The position numbers were made by a program, and so were the translations under genes. This document shows positions 17,831-26,668 of a stretch of 47,999 nt of DNA, one piece after another. Source of the DNA: Flavobacteriales bacterium (GTDB lineage Bacteria; Bacteroidota; Bacteroidia; Palsa-965); the NCBI GenBank assembly GCA_040377305.1, contig JBEIPA010000035.1:1-47999 (forward strand). Reading direction: 5' to 3'. The first letter of the stretch is position 1. Each line of letters opens with the position of its first letter. Under the pieces are notes generated by a model. The model ran no database searches. It saw only the letters and a list, made by a program, of their open reading frames with translations, and had not been told where the DNA came from.

Positions 17831-18862
17831 CTAACGCGTCCGTAGTATCAATCCGAACTGCACGCCCGCCAACACCATCGCGAAAAACAAATGCACAGGT
17901 TGTACCATCGCGGGAATACCAAAGCGATGCATGACCACACCCGCTCCGTAGGTAACGAATACGATCAGCAAACTTGCGTTGAGAAGAACTTTTGCCTCGG
18001 GAATCTGAAACTGCTTTCTCAATCGCAGCCAGATGAAAATGTTAAGTGCGGCAAGTACCATTGCCATTGTGAAGTGCACGGTGTAATTCGATGACAACGT
18101 AGCAATCCAGGTGTCACGGTGCTCAGAAGATGTTTTGATAAGTCCATCGATCTGCTGACGCACTTGTGTGCCGAGGACAATTTGTGCGAGTGTAAACACC
18201 AATGAAAACACGAGGAGCATTTTCATTCCTTTGGTGATGTTTACTTGCTGCATAACTCCGGCGAGTTGCCGCGCACGAAAACGAACCAGGTACATGATAA
18301 AAACCATGACTAGTGCTAATAACATGTGCAGCGTAATCGTAACCGGTTTCAGATTCGTATCGACCACAACTTTCCCAAGCCAGGCCACGAATCCAATGAC
18401 GAAAACGTGAAGCAGCACAAGCCAGAATGATAGCTTATCGGTTTTCCATCTGCGAATTCCATAGTAGAGAAGAATCAGAGATGCGAGTCCGCTCAATGCT
18501 CCGCACAAGCGATTGATATATTCCGTCCACGTTTGCGAAGCGTTGAACTCTGCGTAATTATGCTTCGGATATTTTTCCCAGTTCGCGTGATTGAATGCGG
18601 ATGCAGAAGTGAAGTGATCTGTTGCCCGCCACAAAGTATCGTTTGCGATGATGAGCATTCCTTTGTTGTAATCGTGATTCGGTTGAAACTCGATTTGCGA
18701 TTGTTCCGTTGGTGGAATGTAGTAACCAAAACAACGTGGCCAATCGGGACAACCCATTCCGGAGCCGGTTGCACGAACGATAGAACCTGCGAGAATAACT
18801 AGATAAAGGAGAATGAGCGTTACGCCAGCCCAGAAAATAAAACGGGAATCCATTCGAGACAT
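17831..18862 (-). CDS. ctaA: Heme A synthase, COX15/CtaA family
   Basis: GSIVRATGSGMGCPDWPRC, EYINR, conserved His motifs (TLHM, VHF, PVHL) and 8 TM segments. Confidence 0.9.
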   Translation of the reverse strand: MSRMDSRFIFWAGVTLILLYLVILAGSIVRATGSGMGCPDWPRCFGYYIPPTEQSQIEFQPNHDYNKGMLIIANDTLWRATDHFTSASAFNHANWEKYPKHNYAEFNASQTWTEYINRLCGALSGLASLILLYYGIRRWKTDKLSFWLVLLHVFVIGFVAWLGKVVVDTNLKPVTITLHMLLALVMVFIMYLVRFRARQLAGVMQQVNITKGMKMLLVFSLVFTLAQIVLGTQVRQQIDGLIKTSSEHRDTWIATLSSNYTVHFTMAMVLAALNIFIWLRLRKQFQIPEAKVLLNASLLIVFVTYGAGVVMHRFGIPAMVQPVHLFFAMVLAGVQFGLILRTR

Positions 18863-18969
18863 GCGGCAAAGTTACGCACCACTGTCATATTTCAACCGCC
18901 AAGACGCTAAAACGCCAAGAACTTTTCTCTGCGTTACCTCTGCGCCTTTGCGGTTTAAAAGGAGAATAC

Positions 18970-20070
18970 CTATTTAAGACGGGAAGTGGCCTGTTTAGAA
19001 TAGAAGCCATTTCCTGCAGATATTTTTTTGAACAGCTCAGTCGCGGCAACCGAATCTCCATTGCCTTCTAAAGCCAATGCCTTGTACCACTCCGCTTCTT
19101 CATCGAACACATTATTCGGATCCGCAATAATTTTATCCAGCAACGGAATCGCTTTTGAATACATCTCCAGCTTTACATAACTAATCGCAGAATAGAAAAG
19201 CGCATTGATGTCATTCGGATTATTCTTGAGCAATACATCCATTTTACTGATGCATTTTCCGTAACGTGCATCGCGGAAAGCAATCAAACCTTCGCGCAAA
19301 AATTGGTCAGCTGGAACGTCACGAACGGTTTCTTCTTCTTCATATTCCCTGATGACACCGTTGTCGTCTTCATATTTCGCAGGCGTTCCGGTTAGCGGAA
19401 GCTCTTTCACTTCGATCGTTTGCGTCAGATAATACTTATCGTATTCGGTAATTTTTAAGTCGAGCAGGAAACCTACTTGCGCATTGTACGATGCTTCTAC
19501 CACAACTGCTTTTACAGGAGTTGTGTCTGCAATCAACAGCGGTTGCAAGTCAACCGGAATGGGTTGCAGAGGTTCATTCGGTCGTACGACTAATGAATCG
19601 GTGAAAGCGGATTTGTCTGGATTGTCATTCGAAAATTGTTGGAAGTGCGCATTCGCTTCGGGATTCACGAAATGGTCTTCAGCAGGAATAAGAACATTCG
19701 CAGGTGCAGGTGCGGTAACCGTTGAAGTGTTCGGTGTAGTGTTATCGGTTTGCTCAACTATCGTGTCGGGTTTTGGTTCTTCCCCGAAGAAAAGTGTAAG
19801 AAAAACCGACAACGCTGCAATCGCAACAATGCCCAATCCGATTGTAGACCAGTTCATCGAAGTCATTCCGCTTTTCTTCGCGATGCTTCTCTTCAAGGCA
19901 TCTACATCTGTAAACGCTCCGGGAACTATTGCATAACCTTCCAGTGCTTCCTTCGACAATTCGCAATCGTCGAGCAAGTGCTGCACGCGTGCTGTTTCAT
20001 CGGGCGACAATTTTCCTTCGAGAAAAGCCTCCAGTTGTTCAGCGGTAAGCGATGTGTGGGATGTATTCAT
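18970..20070 (-). CDS. Putative anti-sigma factor: degenerate zf-HC2 N-terminus, TM helix, Pro/Thr linker, C-terminal TPR
   Basis: LEAFLEGKLS...HLLDDCELSKEALEG. The ATG at 20070 overlaps the sigma stop (TGATG). TPR motif EEAEWYKALAL. Confidence 0.75.
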   Translation of the reverse strand: MNTSHTSLTAEQLEAFLEGKLSPDETARVQHLLDDCELSKEALEGYAIVPGAFTDVDALKRSIAKKSGMTSMNWSTIGLGIVAIAALSVFLTLFFGEEPKPDTIVEQTDNTTPNTSTVTAPAPANVLIPAEDHFVNPEANAHFQQFSNDNPDKSAFTDSLVVRPNEPLQPIPVDLQPLLIADTTPVKAVVVEASYNAQVGFLLDLKITEYDKYYLTQTIEVKELPLTGTPAKYEDDNGVIREYEEEETVRDVPADQFLREGLIAFRDARYGKCISKMDVLLKNNPNDINALFYSAISYVKLEMYSKAIPLLDKIIADPNNVFDEEAEWYKALALEGNGDSVAATELFKKISAGNGFYSKQATSRLK

Positions 20071-20645
20071 CACTGCTCCAATATTAATTTCAAGTTCCGT
20101 TTTCCGTTCTGTATGTGACTCTTCACCTGCTTGTCGCTCATTCCGGTGATGTCGCAAATTTCTTTGTACGATTTGTCTTTGATATAAAACAGCTCAATGC
20201 AAATCTTTTGTTCTTCACCCAATGCACTGATCGCATCTTCGAGTCGTTGCAGGCGTTGCTCCTTGATCACTTTCTCATGCAACACTTCTTCTTCCGGCAA
20301 CCAGGGCTCTGCTTCATCTTTCTCGTACCGCGTTTGCTTCTCCGCCTTCACCTGCATCTTGCGTAATTCACTGATGCAATAATTCCGCGCGACGAACATC
20401 AACCAGGTTTTCACGTTCTCCGGCGTATGTGTTTTCAGCGATTCGAAAAGTTTCTCGAAAATCTGAAGCACTGCATCGCGGCTTTGTTCACGATCACGAT
20501 AATATTTGAGGCACACGCCGTACATAAGGTGTGCGTATCGTATGTACAGCTCGCCCACGAACGCCTTGTCACCGCTTGAGTGATAAGACTGAATCAGCTC
20601 CTCATCGCTGAGGTTGCTCTTCTTTTTCCATGGGAAAAACCGCAT
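20070..20645 (-). CDS. ECF RNA polymerase sigma-70 factor
   Basis: SDEELI...GELYIRY...DAVLQIFEKL...WLMFVARNYC...SYKEI...VKSHIQNGKRNLK. Confidence 0.93.
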   Translation of the reverse strand: MRFFPWKKKSNLSDEELIQSYHSSGDKAFVGELYIRYAHLMYGVCLKYYRDREQSRDAVLQIFEKLFESLKTHTPENVKTWLMFVARNYCISELRKMQVKAEKQTRYEKDEAEPWLPEEEVLHEKVIKEQRLQRLEDAISALGEEQKICIELFYIKDKSYKEICDITGMSDKQVKSHIQNGKRNLKLILEQ

Positions 20646-20811
20646 ACTTAACGCATTCTGGTGTTAAGACGCAAGTTCGGCATATTTCCATAAATCCTCA
20701 GCGGGGTATCTGCACGGTAATTACAAACAGTGTGAAATGACCCTTCGACAGGCTCAGGATAAATGTGCCGATATGCAGATATGCCGATTTGCAGATGGTT
20801 GGGCGTACAAA

Positions 20812-21846
20812 TCAGGGCTCGAGAGCGATGTGCATGGTTTGGAAGCGTTCGGCGCGGAAGGATTCTTCGTAGGGCGACCAGTTGAAAGTCCTATCCGGTA
20901 ATGCAGTACGCACTTCATTTGCTGGAATCCATATGACCTCTTTTGAGCTGTATCGGATACCGAACGCAAGAAGATTTCGTTGGTAACTTAAATAGACCGG
21001 CATGCGAAATGGATCGCGACACAGAGTATCTGGAGTCCACTTTTCATACAGCAACAATGATTGAACAGGTCGCTCAGTTTTAATTGGTGCAATTATCCAC
21101 GTGCCGGGATTATTGGGATCCTGAAATTGATTCGTACTGTCCCATTGACTTGCAATCAGATCAAATTCATATGCCGTCATCCAGTGAGTAAATTCTTTGT
21201 TGTGCGATCTTCGTAAACCTCCAGACCTCATTAGAGAAATCAGTTCGAGTGCTAACCGATCATAAGAAGCTTGTGGCAGGTACTGATTCGAGTCGTCCGT
21301 GAAAGTGACAATTCGAAACAAAGTATCACCGACCCGAGATGCCCGAAAAGCAGTTGCGAAATTATTAAGAGTCATTTCATGCAACTGTTTCATTTTCCAA
21401 TCATCCAAAAAACTCTGATAGTAAAATAGTGGAGCATGCACCCAGCAATTCGTATCACCGATGCCATATTCCGTTCGACCGTCGATGATCAACGGCTGGA
21501 AACCAATCAGCAGACATGTATCCGCTGAATAATTCCATCTGGACGCCAACTCAGCGTATCCAATAAAATGGACTTTGCTTAGCTGTTTAGCACTAAGGTA
21601 TAATTCGGCTTGCGGTCGTGACAGAAACAAATCGTATCCGGCAGCACCAAACGCTCCATGGAAAAACACAACTTTTTCTTTGATATCAGGAGTTGCTAAA
21701 AACTGATGTTCAATATCAATGAGCTGCGTACTGTCTTTCTTGCTCAGTTTACAACGCACTGTACTCCACTCCCAAGACTTTTTTTGTGCCGATAGCCCAA
21801 CCCAACTCGAAATGATTAGACTTAAAATACAAACTGAATAACGCAT
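20812..21846 (-). CDS. Exported protein, possibly a divergent GldN/PorN-like paralog
   Basis: Signal peptide. The C-terminal half (LISLMRSGGL...EFTHWMT..E...LYEKW...RNLLAFG...IWIP.NEVR) recalls GldN. Match is by eye only. Confidence 0.5.
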   Translation of the reverse strand: MRYSVCILSLIISSWVGLSAQKKSWEWSTVRCKLSKKDSTQLIDIEHQFLATPDIKEKVVFFHGAFGAAGYDLFLSRPQAELYLSAKQLSKVHFIGYAELASRWNYSADTCLLIGFQPLIIDGRTEYGIGDTNCWVHAPLFYYQSFLDDWKMKQLHEMTLNNFATAFRASRVGDTLFRIVTFTDDSNQYLPQASYDRLALELISLMRSGGLRRSHNKEFTHWMTAYEFDLIASQWDSTNQFQDPNNPGTWIIAPIKTERPVQSLLLYEKWTPDTLCRDPFRMPVYLSYQRNLLAFGIRYSSKEVIWIPANEVRTALPDRTFNWSPYEESFRAERFQTMHIALEP

Positions 21847-21964
21847 AGAATATTTTAGGATTAATACCTCAATCCACTAAAAAGTAACCTGCAGCAACTC
21901 TTGGCGTTTTGACTCCCGATAACTATCGGGAGTCGCAGTAAAAATTCTTAAGTCTAACTGGGTA

Positions 21965-22222
21965 TTACTCCGTCACCTCTGCATGCAGATTCACTGCCAC
22001 AACTCCTGTAATTTCAGGAACAGAACGTTTCAGTGTTTCTTCGAGACCGGCTTTGAAAGTCATCATACGCATGGAGCAGGACTTGCACGCGCCTTCTAGT
22101 TCGAGTTTCACTACACCTTCGGGAGTGATTTCGAGAAATTTTACGTTACCACCGTCGGCCTGTAAAAAGGGACGAATCTGGTCGAGGGCGGCTTCGATGC
22201 GGGCTGTTAAATCCTGTGACAT
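21965..22222 (-). CDS. NifU/NfuA-type Fe-S carrier
   Basis: ALDQIRPFLQADGGNV...LEGACKSC. Likely start is MSQDL. Confidence 0.92.
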   Translation of the reverse strand: MSQDLTARIEAALDQIRPFLQADGGNVKFLEITPEGVVKLELEGACKSCSMRMMTFKAGLEETLKRSVPEITGVVAVNLHAEVTE

Positions 22223-22289
22223 TGTGAATGTAAAATTACACAAAAATGGGACGCGGATTTAGCGGATCAGGCGGATAAAAGAGGATTTT

Positions 22290-23225
22290 TCAGTGAGAAA
22301 TAACCAGTTTCTGCCTTGAAACGACTCCGGATATTTGCGCCTCGATGATGTACATTCCTGCAGGAAGATCACCAATAAAAAGTTGTTGTCCTTCGGGTTG
22401 ACGAGTAATGGCCGTCTTTCCGTCGAGAGCATACAGCGTGCAATTTTCGACTGGAGATTCAGAATTGATGAGAACGAAATCACCTGAAACATTTGAAATG
22501 GTGAATGAGCTTGCGTTGTATTCATCAATCCCAACTGACCAGGGATCAAACTTATAAACTGTCCCGCTGGAAGGTGTTCCAAGAATACTGGTTCCGAAAA
22601 GAAAAAAGTTACCCGTTGGATTGAGCGCTTGTGGAGCAGCAGCATTGCCATTTAGACAGACTGAATAAGTACAATTGATCGACGTTGCATACTCATACAA
22701 ACCAACAACAGGTCCGTCCGACCCATTTTCCTGGTAAACCAACGCTGGATTCGCAACATTACTTGACCCGTAATGCATTTCGATAATGTTTGTGGTCTCA
22801 TACAACCAGAGCTGAAAATTCATCGTGGATGTTGTGTCGTAATGAAACCCGGCGTTCTTCCATTGTACTTTCAAAATGCGGCTACCAACTGATCCTGTTG
22901 TAGAATAACTTATGGGAGAATTATTTCCGGAAGTTCCTTTCGAGGCGAGCTTCACAGTGAATGGTAAACACAAATAATAATAGTTCGCATCGAAATAAGT
23001 AAAGCCACTTCCTTCGACGTACAAAGTTGTGAAAGGCATTCCCATGAAAGTGAAATTGAATCCAATAGGAACAGTGAACGCACTTGCGTAGGTCCATGGC
23101 GTTGAAGTGGTGAGTGTTGTTGGTCCAGTCAGGTCAACGTACGGATCAGTGAGCTGAGTGAATGGATATGACTGTGCGTTCAATCGCAGTGCTGCAATCA
23201 GAAACAGGAATAATAACTTCTTCAT
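22290..23225 (-). CDS. Secreted protein with T9SS type A C-terminal domain
   Basis: Start reassigned to signal peptide MKKLLFLFLIAALRLNAQ. Contains VPIGFNF and NFQLWLYE. C-terminus LYALDGK...LPAGMYII...KLVISH. Confidence 0.85.
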   Translation of the reverse strand: MKKLLFLFLIAALRLNAQSYPFTQLTDPYVDLTGPTTLTTSTPWTYASAFTVPIGFNFTFMGMPFTTLYVEGSGFTYFDANYYYLCLPFTVKLASKGTSGNNSPISYSTTGSVGSRILKVQWKNAGFHYDTTSTMNFQLWLYETTNIIEMHYGSSNVANPALVYQENGSDGPVVGLYEYATSINCTYSVCLNGNAAAPQALNPTGNFFLFGTSILGTPSSGTVYKFDPWSVGIDEYNASSFTISNVSGDFVLINSESPVENCTLYALDGKTAITRQPEGQQLFIGDLPAGMYIIEAQISGVVSRQKLVISH

Positions 23226-23283
23226 AGGCGGGATTTTGCTCAATGAAAAAATACAAAAAAAAGGAACGCGGATGATGAAAAGT

Positions 23284-23486
23284 GAACGCGGATTTTGACT
23301 CTTGCCGCGTGTTCGTCTTTCACCCGGATCAGCGCGGCACATAGCACGTTTCGGAATTTTGATTTAATGAGATACGTTTAAGTTTATCTCATAAAATCCA
23401 ATACTTAGTGTTGAAATTCAGTAGAGACATCCGAGCGAGAATCTAGAAAACAACGGACATAAAAATCCGCGTTCCTATTCCGCGTC
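23284..23486. mobile_element. Full ~190-bp palindromic MITE/REPIN-like element with terminal inverted repeats
   Basis: TIRs GAACGCGGATTTT (23284) and AAAATCCGCGTTC (ends 23474), and a central ATGAGATA...TATCTCAT palindrome. Its reverse complement aligns by eye along most of its length with 25-202. Confidence 0.7.
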
Positions 23487-24566
23487 CTATACAGCCGCTT
23501 CCTTAGGCGTAGAATTCCGAATCGCAACCTGTCTCACCACATTTCCGGCAAGATCCATAAATGCTTTCGCTTGTGGAGTGTCTTTCTGTAATACTACAGG
23601 ACGACCTGCGTCTCCGGCTTCGCAAATACTTTGTACCAATGGAATTTGTCCGAGCAATGGAACGCCGAGATTTTGTGCGAGCATTTCTCCACCAGCGCGA
23701 CCGAAGATGTAGTATTTATTCTCCGGCAATTCTGCAGGAGTGAAGTACGCCATGTTCTCAACGATTCCCAATACAGGAACGTTGATCTGCGGCAACTGAA
23801 ACATGGCAACGCCTTTGCGTGCATCTGCAAGTGCAACTTGTTGTGGCGTTGTAACTACAATTGCACCGGTGAGAGGAACTGCACCTACCAGCGACAAGTG
23901 AATATCACCTGTTCCCGGAGGAAGATCGACAATCATGTAATCGAGTTCGCCCCAATCTGCTTCGCTGAGCATTTGATTGAGCGCACGCACTGCAATTGGT
24001 CCGCGCCAAACGATGGCCTGATTCATATCGCTGAAGAAACCAATCGAAAGCAATTTCACTCCGTAACTTTCTACAGGAACGATGAAGGATTTTTCTCCAA
24101 CATCGCGTAGCATTGGTTTGTCTTCAAGCACATCGAACATCATCGGTTGCGACGGTCCGTAAATATCTGCATCAAGCAAACCAACTTTCGCACCCTGCAT
24201 AGCCAATGCAACAGCAAGGTTCGCAGCAACGGTCGACTTCCCTACTCCACCCTTCCCGGATGAAACAGCGATAAAGTTTTTCACTCCCGGCAAAACTGCA
24301 CCTGTGCGTTGCGAAGTTGTATTCGCAGTCATGTTCACAGTAGTAACCGCTTCTTTGTCGACGTAATAAGTGATCGCGTTTTCACACGCACGCTTGATCA
24401 TGTCTTTCATCGGACACGCGGGTGTAGTAAGCACGACTGTGAATGAAACATTCATGCCGTTCACTTCTACATCTTTCACCATGCCCAACGTTACGAGGTC
24501 TTTTTTCAGATCCGGATCGTCTACGTTACGCAGCGCGTCTATTACTTGTTCCTTTGTGATACTCAT
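23487..24566 (-). CDS. mrp: Mrp/NBP35 (ApbC) Fe-S cluster carrier ATPase
   Basis: N-terminal DUF59 (LTTPACP), SGKGGVGKST, DADIYGPS, WRGP, DLPPGTGD and ENM. Confidence 0.95.
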   Translation of the reverse strand: MSITKEQVIDALRNVDDPDLKKDLVTLGMVKDVEVNGMNVSFTVVLTTPACPMKDMIKRACENAITYYVDKEAVTTVNMTANTTSQRTGAVLPGVKNFIAVSSGKGGVGKSTVAANLAVALAMQGAKVGLLDADIYGPSQPMMFDVLEDKPMLRDVGEKSFIVPVESYGVKLLSIGFFSDMNQAIVWRGPIAVRALNQMLSEADWGELDYMIVDLPPGTGDIHLSLVGAVPLTGAIVVTTPQQVALADARKGVAMFQLPQINVPVLGIVENMAYFTPAELPENKYYIFGRAGGEMLAQNLGVPLLGQIPLVQSICEAGDAGRPVVLQKDTPQAKAFMDLAGNVVRQVAIRNSTPKEAAV

Positions 24567-24675
24567 GCCACAAAGATAAGGGTTAGATGGGAGTTAGGAG
24601 ATCGGAGCCGGGAGTGTGGATGAGATTACACTCCCGGCTCCAAACTCATTCGAGCGCTTCTTGTTACCTTGCACC

Positions 24676-25404
24676 ATGCTGAGACATCCAGGTAACCGAC
24701 GCACCTTCAGCCATAATATCCGTTTGGCCGCTTTATTGTGCCTAACCGCGGGATTTGTGAACGTAACCGGTTTTCGGGCTTTTATGGTTCTGACAACTAA
24801 TGTTACCGGACATGTTGCTCTATTTGCGGAGCACCTTGCCGAGGGCGACATTTCTTCTGCACTGATTGCAGGTTTGTGGATGCTCCTTTTCTTTCTGGGA
24901 GCGCTCTTGTGCAGTCTCTGGATTCATCGTGCCGCAAAATGGACTACTTATTCGTACGCCCTACCCATTGCCGTAGAGGTTTTGATTTTGTGTGTGGTAG
25001 GTTATTTAGGTTCCCGCACTCCGGACATTCAGTCACATCTCACGTGGTTTGCAGGCTCGTTGTTGTTTGCGATGGGATTGCAGAACGCCATGGTGTCGGT
25101 TATTTCGGGCGCAGTAGTACGCACCTCTCATCTCACCGGAATGTTTACCGATCTGGGAATAGAACTTTCTGCTCTTTCGCTGACCCGGAATGAGGCGCGG
25201 AAACCCATAAAGCAAAAGATTCTTTTAAGACTAATTATTATCACGTCTTTCTTCATCGGTGGAGTTTCCGGTGGATTTCTCTTCACTTATCTCTCATTCT
25301 ACACGTTCTTTATTCCTGCGGGAATTCTGATTATCGCTTCGGGTTACGATATATTTCGTGTGAACCTAAGGCGCAGTGTGCGTAAACTGAGAGCGCCGAA
25401 ATAA
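24676..25404 (+). CDS. YoaK/DUF1275 family membrane protein
   Basis: AGFVN...TTNVTGH and AMGLQNA...VRTSHLTGMFTDLG. Likely start is MLRH at 24676. Confidence 0.9.
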   Translation: MLRHPGNRRTFSHNIRLAALLCLTAGFVNVTGFRAFMVLTTNVTGHVALFAEHLAEGDISSALIAGLWMLLFFLGALLCSLWIHRAAKWTTYSYALPIAVEVLILCVVGYLGSRTPDIQSHLTWFAGSLLFAMGLQNAMVSVISGAVVRTSHLTGMFTDLGIELSALSLTRNEARKPIKQKILLRLIIITSFFIGGVSGGFLFTYLSFYTFFIPAGILIIASGYDIFRVNLRRSVRKLRAPK

Positions 25405-25441
25405 TTACAGACCTTAGCACGGTCTTTGATATTCAAAAGCT

Positions 25442-25918
25442 ATGTACCGTTTGTTGTCTGTATTTGTTTTGCTTCTCATTGGTCCGGCGATCCACGCTCA
25501 GGAAACGAAGAAGCCTTATTTCATCCGAATCAGCATCGATAAACTAAAGCTGGGAAATGATTCCATGAAGTATCGTTCACCCAAAACGTTCTATCTCGAA
25601 AGCGGACAGAAGTCAGACACGATTGAAGTGGGTGCTTTGAAAAACGATCGCATCGGAATGAGTGTTGAAGTGCTGAAATATTTTCAGGGCAAAACTGTTC
25701 GCTATCGTTTCTCTTACACTTTCTTCAGAAAAGAAAATACCAAATGGGTAATCATCAAAAATTTCGGTTGGGTCGACAGATTCTCCATTCTGAAAAAACC
25801 GGATGAAATTAAAAACACCAAGACGAAAGTAGTTGCGAAGGAAGAATACTATTGTTCTATTGGAGAACCGATGCAGTTTTCCGCGACTTTCAAGATGGAT
25901 GTTTATCTCAACGAATAA
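25442..25918 (+). CDS. Hypothetical exported basic protein
   Basis: Signal peptide ending IHAQ, then a Lys-rich beta-type sequence. Confidence 0.7.
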   Translation: MYRLLSVFVLLLIGPAIHAQETKKPYFIRISIDKLKLGNDSMKYRSPKTFYLESGQKSDTIEVGALKNDRIGMSVEVLKYFQGKTVRYRFSYTFFRKENTKWVIIKNFGWVDRFSILKKPDEIKNTKTKVVAKEEYYCSIGEPMQFSATFKMDVYLNE

Positions 25919-26076
25919 TGTGCTAATGGGATAATGTGCTAATGGGATAATGTGCTAAACGGCCGAAGGACTTTCGAACAACAGTAAAATCTAACACGCA
26001 GTTTATAGCATCAGAGCAAGGCGAAGCTGCATTACGCTTTATTAGCACATTATCTCATTAGCAGATTAGCACATTG
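25914..26076. repeat. Inverted arms of an 8/16-bp repeat (ATAATGTGCTAATGGG) between convergent genes
   Basis: About 3 tandem 16-mers on the left. The right arm is attagcacattatctcattagcagattagcacatt. Confidence 0.8.
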
Positions 26077-26077
26077 A

Positions 26078-26422
26078 TCAGAGCTTCAGCTCTAAACCCG
26101 GATCCCAGAAGAGATTCTTGAAATTCTGAATCTTGTCGTTTTTCACGCGTATTCCTTCTTTCTCGAGAAGGTCCTGCATCATATCAGCCGTCTTGAAATG
26201 TGCTTTGCCCGTGAGCATGCCTTCCCTATTCACCACACGATGTGCGGGCACTTTTGAATGATGACTGTGCGAAGCATTCATTGCCCATCCAACCATTCGC
26301 GATGAACCTTTTACGCCGAGATAAGCGGCAATAGCTCCGTACGTGGTCACCCGTCCGACTGGCACCATGCGCACCACTTCGAACACCATGTAGAAAAAGT
26401 CGGAACCCTCTTTGCCCTTCAT
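26078..26422 (-). CDS. Alkyltransferase-like (ATL/YbaZ, MGMT family) DNA-binding protein
   Basis: VPVGRVTTYGAIA and SRMVGWAM. PAHRVV lacks the catalytic Cys of PCHRV. Confidence 0.9.
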   Translation of the reverse strand: MKGKEGSDFFYMVFEVVRMVPVGRVTTYGAIAAYLGVKGSSRMVGWAMNASHSHHSKVPAHRVVNREGMLTGKAHFKTADMMQDLLEKEGIRVKNDKIQNFKNLFWDPGLELKL

Positions 26423-26443
26423 ATAGCTGAAATTACCGAAAAA

Positions 26444-26588
26444 GTCCCCCGTTCCCAGCTCCCAGTTCCCCGTTTTTGAACAGGTCTGGTTTGATATGAG
26501 TCATTCTACACCTGAAACACTGTTTTTAGACCGTTAGAGACTGAAAAATCAATTTCGAACGGGGCACAGACAACCGGGAACAGGGAAC
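26444..26588. repeat. Inverted arms of the GTTCCCn / nGGGAAC heptamer family
   Basis: gtcccccgttcccagctcccagttccccgtt ... gaacggggcacagacaaccgggaacagggaac. Confidence 0.65.
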
Positions 26589-26591
26589 TAC

Positions 26592-26647
26592 TTCATCTAA
26601 CCTTAACCTCTCATTAACAGCAAGGCAATCCAAAGAAAATACTTTCG
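26592..26647 (+). promoter_or_regulatory. Putative Pho-box promoter of the second response regulator
   Basis: TTCAT (26592), TTAAC (26603) and TTAAC (26614) in 11-bp phase. The -7-like TACTTTCG is at 26640. Confidence 0.7.
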
Positions 26648-26668
26648 TCACTCAGAATACTGCGCAAA

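Noticed and set aside
26078-26422. Active O6-methylguanine methyltransferase (ogt)
   Set aside because: The acceptor Cys is replaced (PAHRV), so it is called alkyltransferase-like.
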